Source: Flavobacteriales bacterium (GTDB lineage Bacteria; Bacteroidota; Bacteroidia; Palsa-965). Taken from it: a stretch of 64,000 nt of DNA. The notes beneath the pieces were generated by a model, which ran no database searches, was not told the origin of the DNA, and saw nothing but the letters and a program-made list of their open reading frames with translations. Where the stretch lies: assembly GCA_040377305.1 (NCBI GenBank), contig JBEIPA010000001.1, positions 1 to 64,000 of the forward strand, given 5' to 3'. The translations under genes were made by a program, and so were the position numbers. Positions 49,994 through 60,411 of this stretch are shown here, one piece after another (within the stretch, counting starts at the first letter, position 1; every line of letters starts with the position of its first letter).

Positions 49994-52315
49994 ATGAGAT
50001 TTATTTTCATTTCCCTGGTTGCGCTGTTCGTTTCGACTTCGCTCATTTCGCAAACCAATCTGCAACCCCTAACTCCGGGTGGAAGTATTCCGACCTTCTT
50101 CACCTGTCCTTCTCAGGATTGGGTTGATGGACAAATCGCGACACGTGCGAGATATGGTGATCCGATGACTGAGCAGGAAATTACCTTCACGCGCCAGATG
50201 AGTTACTATGCTCAGCAACGTTGCTTCACGGGTCTTGTGTTATTCAATGATTCGCTGAGTAACTACGTAACAAAAGTTGCAGCGATTCTTTTGAAGGACG
50301 ATCCGGAATTGTTCAGCAAACTCCACTTCTACGTTTACAAAGATCCCGCGCTGAACGCTTACACTTCTGCAACAGGAAATATTCTGATCACCGTTGGTTT
50401 ACTTGCTCAATTAGAAAACGAAGCGCAACTTGCATTTATTCTTGCGCACGAGATTACGCACTATAAGCAGGAACACATGCTCAAAGGGTACATCAACCGC
50501 GAAGAGCTTTCAGAGAAAGGACCGTCATATACGTGGTCGTCATCTTACTACTCGTACAACCAGGAACAGGAGCTCGAAGCCGATCGTTTGGGATTTGAAC
50601 TTTACAAAAAGTCGCCTTATGCCATTGCTGATGCAAAACGTTGCTTCGACATTCTTGAATTCAGCGATCTCCCGTTTGACGATATGCCGTTCGATACAAC
50701 ATTCTTCAACAAGGATTTCATGAAGGTTCCGGTTGGGTATTACAAACATGATGTTGACCCAATCTATACCGACGATAACTACGAAGACCGAAGCAGCACA
50801 CACCCGAACGTTCGTAAACGCAGAATGGCTTTGCTTGCTACAATGGATTCTGTCCCTGAAACCGGTCGCGTACATTTTGTGCAGCCGAAGGAACTGTTTG
50901 TAAACATTCGTGAGAGTGCGCGCTATGAGATGTGTCGCCTCCTGCTCAGTCAACGCGATTATTCTGCTGCGATATACGCTTCGTATCTCATGTTGCAGAA
51001 ACATCCGGGTGATCTGGAACTTCAGAAGATTATTGGCTACTCGCTGTATAACATGGCGGCGTACAAACAATCGGGAAGCAATATCTATTCCTTCTGGGGC
51101 GGGTATAGTTTCTTCGGCAGTGGTTCACGCTACAGCGGATTAAAACGCAGCTCGTACTATTCGATGCCGAACGATGATAACTATCCGGGGCAACAGCAGC
51201 AAGTGTTTCACCTTTTCCGGGAAATAGAATCGGATGAGATGACTGTGATGGCCCTTTCGTACAACTGGTATTTATTTAAAGCTGATCCGAAGGATTCGTT
51301 GCAGGAGCGTTTGTGCGACAGCTTGTTTTCAATGCTCGTGAACAAGCAGAATCTTCATAGAAAATATTTTTCTACAATTACACCTTCTCAGGCACAAGAA
51401 GAGCTGAGACAGGATTCTATCAAGCGTGCTGCCGAACTTGGCGAGACTGGTGATTCAAAGTATTCCCGTCTCGATAAATTCCGTGTTACTTCCGAGAAAG
51501 AACGCTTCATCAAGTTTGCATTCGTAGAACTTTTGAAAGATTCTGCATTCGTGAACAAGTTTGATTATTATACCGCCAACCGAAAGAGCCTCGTAAACAC
51601 AGGTAGCACTTCCTATTCGTCTGAAACAAAAGATGAGCGGGAAAAACGTGAAGCCGATGAAAAGAAATACGGCGCAGGCGTGAATAAAGTAATCATGGTG
51701 AATCCTGATTACTCGTACTACCACGAACCAGATCGTAAAAAAGATCCGAAAATGGAGTACAAGAAAAGCGAAGAAGGGCAAGTCGAATTGTGTACACAAA
51801 TTGATGTCCTCGCTACTTCACAAGGGGTTGACGCCATTGTTCTATCGCCATTCTCAATGGACAGTCTCGACACAGACACGTTCTCCGATTACGCGTTGCT
51901 GAACGAGTGGTTCTACGAACGTATTCAGTATGGAACAAACAACTATGCGACCAACGTTGCTAACAAAGCTGCGATTGATTCACTCATCGCACGTTACGGA
52001 ACTCCATATGTCATGTTCACGAACGTTGAAGCTTCGTATCTCAAACGTATTCAGCACCCCGTTTGGTTCGCTATTTCCTGTGTGGCAGTCTTGCCAGCGA
52101 TATACGGTTTCATTCCACGCCGCGAGTTTGTGTACGATGCCGTAGTTCTCGACTTGCGCACGGGACAAGTTGTTCAAATGGAAAACGAAGATTACAAGCG
52201 CGGAAAAGAAGATGAACACTTCACCACGTTCTACAAAGAATTTTTCGCAAAGCTGAAGCGACCGGTAAAACCGGCTGATCCGAAGCCAGCGAAACCGGAA
52301 GGACTTAGAGATTAA
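49994..52315 (+). CDS. M48-family (BepA-like) metallopeptidase
   Basis: Signal peptide; NAYT..GLL..EAQLAFILAHEITH; ELEAD; STHP. Confidence 0.85.
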   Translation: MRFIFISLVALFVSTSLISQTNLQPLTPGGSIPTFFTCPSQDWVDGQIATRARYGDPMTEQEITFTRQMSYYAQQRCFTGLVLFNDSLSNYVTKVAAILLKDDPELFSKLHFYVYKDPALNAYTSATGNILITVGLLAQLENEAQLAFILAHEITHYKQEHMLKGYINREELSEKGPSYTWSSSYYSYNQEQELEADRLGFELYKKSPYAIADAKRCFDILEFSDLPFDDMPFDTTFFNKDFMKVPVGYYKHDVDPIYTDDNYEDRSSTHPNVRKRRMALLATMDSVPETGRVHFVQPKELFVNIRESARYEMCRLLLSQRDYSAAIYASYLMLQKHPGDLELQKIIGYSLYNMAAYKQSGSNIYSFWGGYSFFGSGSRYSGLKRSSYYSMPNDDNYPGQQQQVFHLFREIESDEMTVMALSYNWYLFKADPKDSLQERLCDSLFSMLVNKQNLHRKYFSTITPSQAQEELRQDSIKRAAELGETGDSKYSRLDKFRVTSEKERFIKFAFVELLKDSAFVNKFDYYTANRKSLVNTGSTSYSSETKDEREKREADEKKYGAGVNKVIMVNPDYSYYHEPDRKKDPKMEYKKSEEGQVELCTQIDVLATSQGVDAIVLSPFSMDSLDTDTFSDYALLNEWFYERIQYGTNNYATNVANKAAIDSLIARYGTPYVMFTNVEASYLKRIQHPVWFAISCVAVLPAIYGFIPRREFVYDAVVLDLRTGQVVQMENEDYKRGKEDEHFTTFYKEFFAKLKRPVKPADPKPAKPEGLRD

Positions 52316-52328
52316 GACTTGTCCACTT

Positions 52329-52349
52329 CGACTCCGCTCGGTATGACAA
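52329..52349 (+). repeat. REP-like 21-mer (copy 1)
   Basis: cgactccgctcggtatgacaa; 1 mismatch to the reverse complement of 63728-63748. Confidence 0.65.
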
Positions 52350-52370
52350 GGTATCCACATAAGATTTTCA

Positions 52371-52406
52371 GAACCGGTTTAGCAGTGATGCTGGCCGGTT
52401 CTTTTT
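52371..52406 (+). terminator. Rho-independent terminator
   Basis: agaaccggt..gccggttcttttt. Confidence 0.7.
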
Positions 52407-52481
52407 GATTCTGGCGAGAAGGAAATGGGACTTCTTTCAAAGCATGCAAGAAAACGTCGACCGAATGAAACTACAATTCTG

Positions 52482-52937
52482 ATGCGCACTCTGATTTTTA
52501 TATTAACCATTCTTGTAGTTGCATGTGCATCGGAGACGAAAGGTCCGAAAGGTGTCATCTACGATTCTCTCGCTCCACTCCGCGATTCTATCGAAGCTGC
52601 AAACAATACACATGATACAATTCGCATTTCCGACATCAACAACTTCAACAAAGAGTGTTCGCTCATTGAAGACTCCATGCAATTTCGCTGGCCGATTCAC
52701 ATTGCAAAAAATGACCTTGGATACGTGCGTGTAAGAAGCGATGCATCCTGCTTTGATGCCGACAGTTGCTTTCATAATCTCATCGGAACAATTCCACATG
52801 ACCAGTGGGTATGGAGCTACGGTACCGTGAAGCACAAATATTGGTCGGCAGGACTAGCGTGGGTGATTTGTATTCGCGATTCCAAAGGAAGACTTGTCAA
52901 AGGGTACATTTCAGAAACGGTTGTGGACAGGGATTAG
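52482..52937 (+). CDS. Lipoprotein with possible SH3-like C-terminal domain
   Basis: Lipobox VVAC; YVRVRS..IGTIP..KGYIS pattern. Confidence 0.55.
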   Translation: MRTLIFILTILVVACASETKGPKGVIYDSLAPLRDSIEAANNTHDTIRISDINNFNKECSLIEDSMQFRWPIHIAKNDLGYVRVRSDASCFDADSCFHNLIGTIPHDQWVWSYGTVKHKYWSAGLAWVICIRDSKGRLVKGYISETVVDRD

Positions 52938-52998
52938 GAATTCTGATTTTCCGGTTCTCCCCTTTGGGGAGTTAGAGGGGCGAGGAAAATCAGAATTC
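52938..52998. repeat. 15-bp perfect inverted repeat enclosing a ctcccctttggggag-ttagagggg motif
   Basis: gaattctgattttcc / ggaaaatcagaattc. Confidence 0.75.
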
Positions 52999-53012
52999 AC
53001 TACATTCGTCCC

Positions 53013-54500
53013 GTGGCAAACATCCGTAAAATAATTTTCGCCTCTTCAGCCGGCACCGTTATCGAATGGTACGACTTCTACATCTTCGGAAGCCTCACCC
53101 CTATTCTTTCGACACAGTTTTTTCCGAAAGAAAATCCCACGGCTGCATTTCTTGCAACACTCGCATTATTTGGAGTTGGATTCGTGGTACGTCCGTTTGG
53201 CTCGTTAGTGTTCGGGCGTCTCGGTGATCGCGTTGGTCGCAAGTATACGTTTCTGCTCACACTCCTGCTCATGGGCGGATCAACATTCGCCATTGGGTTG
53301 ATTCCGAATTACAGTACCATTGGAGTTCTTGCGCCAATCATTGTCTTCATACTTCGCTGCGTACAAGGACTCGCGTTAGGAGGAGAATATGGTGGCGCTA
53401 CAACTTATGTTGCAGAACACGCTCCTGAGGGAAAGAAAGGTTATTTCACCAGTTTTATTCAAACCACAGCGACCATCGGATTGTTTGTTTCCATCGGAGT
53501 CATTCTGTTCTGCAAATCCATGATGACGCCGGAAGATTTCGCAACGTGGGGGTGGAGAATTCCGTTCATGTTGTCCATCATACTTGTTGCTGGTTCTTTT
53601 CTGCTTCGACGGAAGATGGAAGAATCGCCGGAGTTCAAAGAACTAAAAGCACAAGGAAAAACTTCGAAGAATCCGCTCAAAGAAAGCTTCACAAAATGGA
53701 GCAATCTGAAATGGGTATTGATTGCTTTGTTCGGTGCAACCGCCGGACAAGGAGTTGTTTGGTATACGGGACAATTCTATGCAATGACTTTCTGCACGAA
53801 GACACTTCATATTGATTCTACACAGTTTCAACAGATGTTTCTCATTGTGCTTGTGATTGGAACACCCTTATTTATTTTCTTCGGATGGCTGAGTGATCGG
53901 ATCGGCAGAAAATGGATCATGCTATGCGGAATCGGATTGGGTGCACTCACGTATGTTCCAATTTACACTTCGATGTTGAATCAAGCTGATTACAAACAGT
54001 GGGCGGACAAAATGCCGGAGCCAAATGTGGTCGTGAATGGCGTCAATGCGAACGGAGATTCAACAGGTGTTGCGACATTTACTTTTGAAGATGGTGGAAG
54101 CGTGCAACAAAATTGGACTCAACTCGGAAACAAGGGATGGATCCAGGGCGGAGAAAAAATACACCTGCCGGGAGGAAATTTATTTATGATCGGCCTGTTG
54201 ATTTTTATTCAGCTGATTTTTGTGACCATGGCGTATGGACCAATTGCTGCGTTCCTCGTGGAATTGTTTCCGGCAAACATTCGCTACACCTCCATGTCCT
54301 TGCCGTATCACATAGGCAATGGCGTGTTCGGTGGATTGACGCCGCTTATTGCCGAGGTGTTGGTCCTGAAGACGGGGAATGTATTGGCGGGAATTTATTA
54401 TCCCGTTACCATTGCAACGATTACTGTTGTTGTAGGTGTTCTGGCAATCAAAGAGAAAACAAAATCAAGGTTAGTCTCTTCTACCTCCAAGGCGCAGTGA
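53013..54500 (+). CDS. MFS metabolite:H+ symporter (MHS/ProP-like)
   Basis: GTVIEWYDF, FGRLGDRVGRK, QGLALGGEYGG and ELFPANIRYTS motifs. Confidence 0.92.
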   Translation: MANIRKIIFASSAGTVIEWYDFYIFGSLTPILSTQFFPKENPTAAFLATLALFGVGFVVRPFGSLVFGRLGDRVGRKYTFLLTLLLMGGSTFAIGLIPNYSTIGVLAPIIVFILRCVQGLALGGEYGGATTYVAEHAPEGKKGYFTSFIQTTATIGLFVSIGVILFCKSMMTPEDFATWGWRIPFMLSIILVAGSFLLRRKMEESPEFKELKAQGKTSKNPLKESFTKWSNLKWVLIALFGATAGQGVVWYTGQFYAMTFCTKTLHIDSTQFQQMFLIVLVIGTPLFIFFGWLSDRIGRKWIMLCGIGLGALTYVPIYTSMLNQADYKQWADKMPEPNVVVNGVNANGDSTGVATFTFEDGGSVQQNWTQLGNKGWIQGGEKIHLPGGNLFMIGLLIFIQLIFVTMAYGPIAAFLVELFPANIRYTSMSLPYHIGNGVFGGLTPLIAEVLVLKTGNVLAGIYYPVTIATITVVVGVLAIKEKTKSRLVSSTSKAQ

Positions 54501-54519
54501 CACAGAGGAAACGCGGGGT

Positions 54520-55182
54520 TTAGAGAATTACTCCAATCCCGAAAAACACGGAGAAAAAATCTTTGTACATCAAACGTTGTTGCATGTAGTCAAGATTATT
54601 TCCGAAGTCGCTATCACTATCCTGTTCGCTGAGTGTAAATATGGGTCCGCCCACGCGAATGCCGGAATTCATCACAACGCGATTCCAGAAAATACCCTGA
54701 GCACCAAGACCAATTGAGCCGGAAATTCCACTTGTATTTACAATTACAGGTGCAAACGGATTGATCGTGGCATAATCCACAATGTATTCGCTGGAATGAT
54801 AATACAAATTCACGTCAAAGAATTTTCCGATCGGAGCAAGTCCACCTTTCTTCTCACGAAATTTTCTGTACGTCAAACCAATCTGATATCCTTTGATCCG
54901 ACCTCCGTTCGATAACGATGTATCATACCGGTTGTGCGCACCCATGCTGTACATGTTGTACGACAATCCCATTTGCGTGTGCCTGCCTGTAATGAAATGC
55001 GCATTGCCACCGTACTGGAAATTGTAACTCGTAAACAGATCTTTGAAGCTGCTGTAATTCGGAGAATACGAACCTTCTGCGCAAATGATAATACGCTTTC
55101 CGAGATAACCGCCTTTCGGTTTCTGTGCATGCAATACAACCGACATGCATAGTGCGATGGAGAGTGTGACGATCTTTCTCAT
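54520..55182 (-). CDS. Small secreted/outer-membrane beta-barrel-like protein
   Basis: Signal peptide, amphipathic strands, ends FFGIGVIL; starts 2 bp after the M48 gene stop. Confidence 0.55.
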   Translation of the reverse strand: MRKIVTLSIALCMSVVLHAQKPKGGYLGKRIIICAEGSYSPNYSSFKDLFTSYNFQYGGNAHFITGRHTQMGLSYNMYSMGAHNRYDTSLSNGGRIKGYQIGLTYRKFREKKGGLAPIGKFFDVNLYYHSSEYIVDYATINPFAPVIVNTSGISGSIGLGAQGIFWNRVVMNSGIRVGGPIFTLSEQDSDSDFGNNLDYMQQRLMYKDFFSVFFGIGVIL

Positions 55183-55184
55183 AG

Positions 55185-57506
55185 TTAGTCCTCCTTCGGT
55201 GTTGCCAGCATACGCATCATGTCGTACATCTGAAGTTTCAACCTGGCTTCTGTTGAATGCTGATTCTCAATTTTACGTTGTGCTCCCCAAACAGGTTCTC
55301 CGGTTGTTATATCGTATAAAATGGCAACGAAATAAACGTCTTCACGAGGTGTAGCCAATCGATATGCAACCTGTGGCGCTAAAGGCACAAACGCTAAGCT
55401 CAGCACACGGAACAGTGTTCCTTGACGCGGCTCCCGGCTTGTGTAATATGCCATCCACATAAAATATTTCGTGCCGTATTTCGTAGCTATGCGCTCCATC
55501 TGTTCCTTTCGAACAGGTAGCCCTTCACCATCTTTGAAATTCCCTTTCTGTCCAAACCAATCATTCACAATCATCAGGTCATTGAAACGTTCAACCTGAG
55601 TTGAGTCCATACTTTCGGGATCAAGAATATCGCACTGAATGCCACACTGTGCAGCACTTGACATCATCGCGTCCATCATCATCGCGCGACCGTCGATTGA
55701 AGCCCGTACATCAAGCTGACCATTCTTGATGCGCGAATCGTACGACTGGTAAATCGGATTGATGAAAACAACTTTGCTCAATCCTTGCGGACCAAAAAAT
55801 GCTTCGTCCTCTTCCTCATTTTGCTTCTTGATTTCTTTCGAAGTCATTTCATCTTTGCGCTCCTCTAAAGAATCAAGACTGTCTGCATAAGACATAGCTT
55901 CTTTGAAGTATGCAATAAACATCGAGTCTTTAAGCTCATCGATGAAAGCAAACTCCCAATACTTGAAACCATCGAGTGAATCAGATTCAAGTTTGTCTAT
56001 TGCAACTTGCCAGCGACGTGTTGGTGTATCTTGTCCTTTCAGGCGATGCACAAGCGCAGTATCGCTCATGATCTTGTCGCCGATCACAAGAAACATACTG
56101 TCGTTCTCCTGGAAGTCTTTAATCTCAAGACCATTCAATACAGTCATCTCGCGGAACAATCCTACCGTCCACGTTTTGATATCCTGATCTTCCGGATGCT
56201 CTTTATGAACCTTCCAGGCGTATTTCACTGAAGCAATATTCCAACCCTTCTGATCCGTTTTACCAATGAAAGAAACCGCACGCCCCTGCTCACCCAGTGG
56301 TTTTTCATCATCGTCTTCGAAATCACCACTGAAAATCAGGTTGAACAAATCAGCAAGATCCTCAAACGCGAACGGAGCATTTTTCTTCACGGTAATTGCA
56401 TACATCGCACGAATCATCTCCTTCTCCAGGTAGTAATTCTTCTTCCAGGTTTTCTGTATAGAAGAATTAATGTAAATCGCCTCCTTGTATTCGCCATCGT
56501 TCGTGTGCAAAGCAACCTGTTCAAACATGGCCATGGCGCGGATACGATAGAACAATTCTTCTGAAACGAGGAATGCAGAACCCGTTGAGTCTGCTCCTTC
56601 AAGTTTTAACAGACGACGCTTCATTCCCTTTTTACGTTTCGGTACAGAAGGGTGCGTTGCAAGATCGTTGTCTTCCTCGTCTTCATTGATTTTGTATTCC
56701 TTAATCGTGTCATTAAAAAATCTCGAAGGGAAAACAAATCGCGGACTCTCGAATGTTCCTTTTGAAAAATCCAGATCAGTGAATGGAAAATCTGCCTCGG
56801 CAAGAATTTCAAAAGCACCGATAGCAGCATGCGGATCGTAGTTCGATGCCACGAGCATATCAAATCCCTCTTCGTCTGCCTGCGTTTCCTGATTACGCGC
56901 ATAACTGTGGCGCTTCAGGAAACGATTCTCAGCAGTAGTTGCAGAATATTTTCCTTCACCTTCCTGCATCTGCACACCTTCAATGTAACCCGTAAGAACG
57001 TGACGACGTTTGTAGTGAATAATTTCGTGCGCCAAAACAAACGCAAGCTCAGCTTCATTGTGTAATCGGGTGAGCAATCCAACTGTTACGAAAATTGAAC
57101 CGCGGTCGGTAGCAAATGCATTTACAACGGTAGAACGCAGTATGTAGATGTTGATTTTGGCTCTCGTCTCCGGATCGTGCGCGAGCAAAGAATCTGCAAC
57201 ACGGTTCACATACATTCCCATCGAATCGTTGACGAGGATTGTTCCGCTATACAGCATCTGATCAACTGCATAATTCGTCTGAAGATAAAAATCATCTTCT
57301 GCCTTCTGGAGTTCTTCGCTCTGATTCGTGTTGATTTGTGTTCTCGACTTCTCATACTTCTCAGTCGTCGTCATCAACACATCAGGAGGTAATGCACCGC
57401 TCGATCTTGCCGGCTGGTAATTGTCCATGTTTGGTACCGGTGTCTGAGCGAAAAGTGTCGCCGATAACAGGGTAACAAACAGGAGTGGGAGTTTGAATCT
57501 CAGCAT
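55185..57506 (-). CDS. M48-family (BepA-like) metallopeptidase, paralog of 49994-52315
   Basis: NAFAT..GLL..EAELAFVLAHEIIH; ETQAD; ATHP. ATG at 57506 follows tatatttg. Confidence 0.85.
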   Translation of the reverse strand: MLRFKLPLLFVTLLSATLFAQTPVPNMDNYQPARSSGALPPDVLMTTTEKYEKSRTQINTNQSEELQKAEDDFYLQTNYAVDQMLYSGTILVNDSMGMYVNRVADSLLAHDPETRAKINIYILRSTVVNAFATDRGSIFVTVGLLTRLHNEAELAFVLAHEIIHYKRRHVLTGYIEGVQMQEGEGKYSATTAENRFLKRHSYARNQETQADEEGFDMLVASNYDPHAAIGAFEILAEADFPFTDLDFSKGTFESPRFVFPSRFFNDTIKEYKINEDEEDNDLATHPSVPKRKKGMKRRLLKLEGADSTGSAFLVSEELFYRIRAMAMFEQVALHTNDGEYKEAIYINSSIQKTWKKNYYLEKEMIRAMYAITVKKNAPFAFEDLADLFNLIFSGDFEDDDEKPLGEQGRAVSFIGKTDQKGWNIASVKYAWKVHKEHPEDQDIKTWTVGLFREMTVLNGLEIKDFQENDSMFLVIGDKIMSDTALVHRLKGQDTPTRRWQVAIDKLESDSLDGFKYWEFAFIDELKDSMFIAYFKEAMSYADSLDSLEERKDEMTSKEIKKQNEEEDEAFFGPQGLSKVVFINPIYQSYDSRIKNGQLDVRASIDGRAMMMDAMMSSAAQCGIQCDILDPESMDSTQVERFNDLMIVNDWFGQKGNFKDGEGLPVRKEQMERIATKYGTKYFMWMAYYTSREPRQGTLFRVLSLAFVPLAPQVAYRLATPREDVYFVAILYDITTGEPVWGAQRKIENQHSTEARLKLQMYDMMRMLATPKED

Positions 57507-57596
57507 AATTTCAAATATAACGAAGGTTGCCGAAAATGGAACAACCACCGGTGTAGTTTAACTACTTTTCCGGATTGGTATGCCTGACAAAAAGTG

Positions 57597-57923
57597 TTAT
57601 TGTACAACCACAGCAACCTGTTCACTCGAAATCGAAGCGTGATTTCCACAGGTGAAATAGTACGTTCCTGCTGCAGAGAATGTATACTCATACACTTCAT
57701 CCGTACGAATCAATCCGCTATTAAACAGATTGCCCTGAACGGTGTGAGATGGATTCCCTTTGTTGATAAACTTGATAGTCGTTCCCGCAGGAACAACAAT
57801 CTGCGAAGGGCGAAACAGTTGATACTCCAGCCAAACCTCATTGGGTCCAGGTGTGCCGGGATCTTCCTTTTGACAGCCGGCGAATAGTGAAAGTACTAGA
57901 ATGAATAGGAGTCCGTACCGCAT
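57597..57923 (-). CDS. Cupredoxin (plastocyanin/amicyanin-like) lipoprotein
   Basis: Lipobox FAGC; FRPSQIVVPAGTTIKF..SHTV..YTF..GTYYFTCGNH. Confidence 0.8.
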   Translation of the reverse strand: MRYGLLFILVLSLFAGCQKEDPGTPGPNEVWLEYQLFRPSQIVVPAGTTIKFINKGNPSHTVQGNLFNSGLIRTDEVYEYTFSAAGTYYFTCGNHASISSEQVAVVVQ

Positions 57924-58036
57924 AAGTGCAAACAAAAATCTGGTTTAGGATATATTATTCCCGGACTCTTAAAAGTGGAAATGAGTGATTATCGTGTTCA
58001 CTATTATTCACACTGCATAAGCTATCAAACAATAGT

Positions 58037-60397
58037 CTACTGTACCAGGATCTTCTCGCTTGAGACTTCTCCATTCGGCATAGTAGTCATCACCAAATAT
58101 ATTCCTGGAGTGATTCCTTCTTTGCTCATGCTGAAACGAGATGCTCCTTCGCCCGCTGTGAACTGCTGTGCGCTGATTGTTCTGCCCTGCAAGTCCAGAA
58201 GGTTCACCGTATAAATACCTTCGTCTTTGGAATTGATAGTTACCACCAACTCTTCCGATGAAGAATACGTGTGTACAGAAGTATTTCCGGTTTCACATGC
58301 CTCCACGGTAAAAGGAGTATACAATTTGAAGTCGCCATTGAAGTCGTATTGCGCCAGACGATACATTGTTGAATTACCAAGCGGTTCACGGTCGGTGAAT
58401 TTATACTCGTGCATAGTTGATGTAGTTCCAAAACCATGAACCGTGCCCACTGGTCGGAATGCGTTTCCATCATCACTCCGCAAAATGTCGAAATGACTAT
58501 TGTTGGTTTCACTCGCAGTCACCCAGATTAGTTCTCCGAATCCGTTTACACAAGTTCCTACCGTAGAAACCAACTCAACAGGCAATGGAGCAGTAGTTGA
58601 TGACAAAACCATCGGCGTGAACGTAGCTGCTGTAAACGCTACAGCATTTGCTGTAACAGAACCGGTACCCGCCGTAACTGCAGCAGCGCTTCCAATATTC
58701 GAGTTGTTCGGCAACCACGCACTTGACCAATACTGTGCACCTACATTTCCAGTCTGGTATGGAGCAATCATTGTATTTTCTGCGCCTCTATAAGTGAAAG
58801 TAAGATTCGCTGTTGCTGCTCCAGAGGAAGTGATGTGCCACCAACGATCAATAACTGCTTCATCAGAGCCGTCCTGCCCGAGGTTCGGAGAGAACATATG
58901 CGTTACACCTGTAGCAAAAGGAGTATTAGCGCTGGTTGCAGTTGGGCGAGTTGAAACACTCACATTCGACGCTCCTGCAGTTGTTTTGTTGAATGTAAAC
59001 GGTATGTACACTCCGGCCGCGGTCCCGAAGTGAAATACAAACGAACCTGTCGTGGCGCCCATGTTCCATTGAACAATACTTGCATTCGCAGCCGTATTGG
59101 TTTCGCTGATTATATATCCTGCAGTCCTAGCAACTGCAGCAAGGGCCGCATTGTTCACTATCAACGTAAAGGCATTCAGATTAAGCGGACCTGCAGTTAG
59201 AGTAAGCACATTGTTTACCTGATTATTGTTGACCCCCATCAGCAAACTTCCCGATGCTTTGTTCTCCACAAGATTGTAGAAAATGGTTGCACTTGTTCCA
59301 CCGATCGTTTGATTCGGTGTGCCGTTAAAAGTATGTGTCGAGTTATTGTGATTAAATGTTGTTGCATTCTTAGTCCAGTCGCCTCGGATGCTGAAACTCC
59401 CTGCAGAAGTTTTTGCACCGGCACCAGAATACATAATGTGTCCGTAACCCGGTGCTGCGAGATTAGAGATCGATTGTGCGAGACCACCGTTGTAATGTGT
59501 TGTACTCGTTGAACTGATAGTATACGTTGTATAGTTTGTTGGATTTACCGTTGCAACTCCGAATCCAGGAAAGTTGTTGTCATTACCACAGCGTATCGTT
59601 GCAGTGTTGTTCAGTTGTATTACACAACCAGCAACCCAAGGGTCAAGATCAAAATCACCCAGATCGAGCACAGCATTGTTGTTCACAGTAAGACTTCCAT
59701 CATAAACTGTAAACCAGTTGCCCGGCGCCAAAGCAGCCGGAACAGCAGTCATAGTAACCGTAGGACTATTTGTAACCCCAACACGGACGGAAGATGGCTT
59801 AACGTTATACTGGCTGCTGAATGTAAATGTTTGTGCACCTGCTCCATTGAAATTCCAAATGGGCTCGTCACCCGGAAGTGTATATGCCCATGCACCGATG
59901 GTAACATTTGCGTTGAAGGTCATTGATCCTTCAGACACATTTGCACCACCAATGTAAGTGTCTCCATCTCCTGTAGTATGAATATTAGTCGTTCCGTTGA
60001 AAACGAATCCACCCGGGGCAGCGCCCGCATCTAATTCGCAATACGAATAATTAATTCCACTCACGTATGTTACAGCGTTGAATGTAGCTGCACCGTTAAC
60101 AGTGAGAACAAAATTATTTGCACGCAAAACTCCATTACGATTGCCGGTCACAGAAACGGAGAGACTTCCAACTGTGATATTACCGCTGAGCAGGATGATA
60201 TTGTTGAATCCCGCATTAATAGTCATTGTGAGCGCGTCAGCTGCGGTTGGAACTCCTGCTGGTGACCAGTTTGCAGCTGCGTTGAAATCTGTGCCAGCGC
60301 CACCCGAACCTAAACCGACCCAATTACGGGCCACGGAGTAACCGTTAGTTGCAAATGCCAAAGCAAACAACAGCGTGATGAGTATAAATTTTTTCAT
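58037..60397 (-). CDS. Secreted Gly/Asn/Thr-rich beta-strand protein, T9SS type A cargo
   Basis: Signal peptide; NW..AANWSPAGVP..D repeat; PLPVEL..WVTASETNN..YRLAQYDFNG domain; DLQGR..GIYLV..KILV C-terminal domain. Confidence 0.8.
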   Translation of the reverse strand: MKKFILITLLFALAFATNGYSVARNWVGLGSGGAGTDFNAAANWSPAGVPTAADALTMTINAGFNNIILLSGNITVGSLSVSVTGNRNGVLRANNFVLTVNGAATFNAVTYVSGINYSYCELDAGAAPGGFVFNGTTNIHTTGDGDTYIGGANVSEGSMTFNANVTIGAWAYTLPGDEPIWNFNGAGAQTFTFSSQYNVKPSSVRVGVTNSPTVTMTAVPAALAPGNWFTVYDGSLTVNNNAVLDLGDFDLDPWVAGCVIQLNNTATIRCGNDNNFPGFGVATVNPTNYTTYTISSTSTTHYNGGLAQSISNLAAPGYGHIMYSGAGAKTSAGSFSIRGDWTKNATTFNHNNSTHTFNGTPNQTIGGTSATIFYNLVENKASGSLLMGVNNNQVNNVLTLTAGPLNLNAFTLIVNNAALAAVARTAGYIISETNTAANASIVQWNMGATTGSFVFHFGTAAGVYIPFTFNKTTAGASNVSVSTRPTATSANTPFATGVTHMFSPNLGQDGSDEAVIDRWWHITSSGAATANLTFTYRGAENTMIAPYQTGNVGAQYWSSAWLPNNSNIGSAAAVTAGTGSVTANAVAFTAATFTPMVLSSTTAPLPVELVSTVGTCVNGFGELIWVTASETNNSHFDILRSDDGNAFRPVGTVHGFGTTSTMHEYKFTDREPLGNSTMYRLAQYDFNGDFKLYTPFTVEACETGNTSVHTYSSSEELVVTINSKDEGIYTVNLLDLQGRTISAQQFTAGEGASRFSMSKEGITPGIYLVMTTMPNGEVSSEKILVQ

Positions 60398-60411
60398 GGG
60401 GTTATTCTGCT

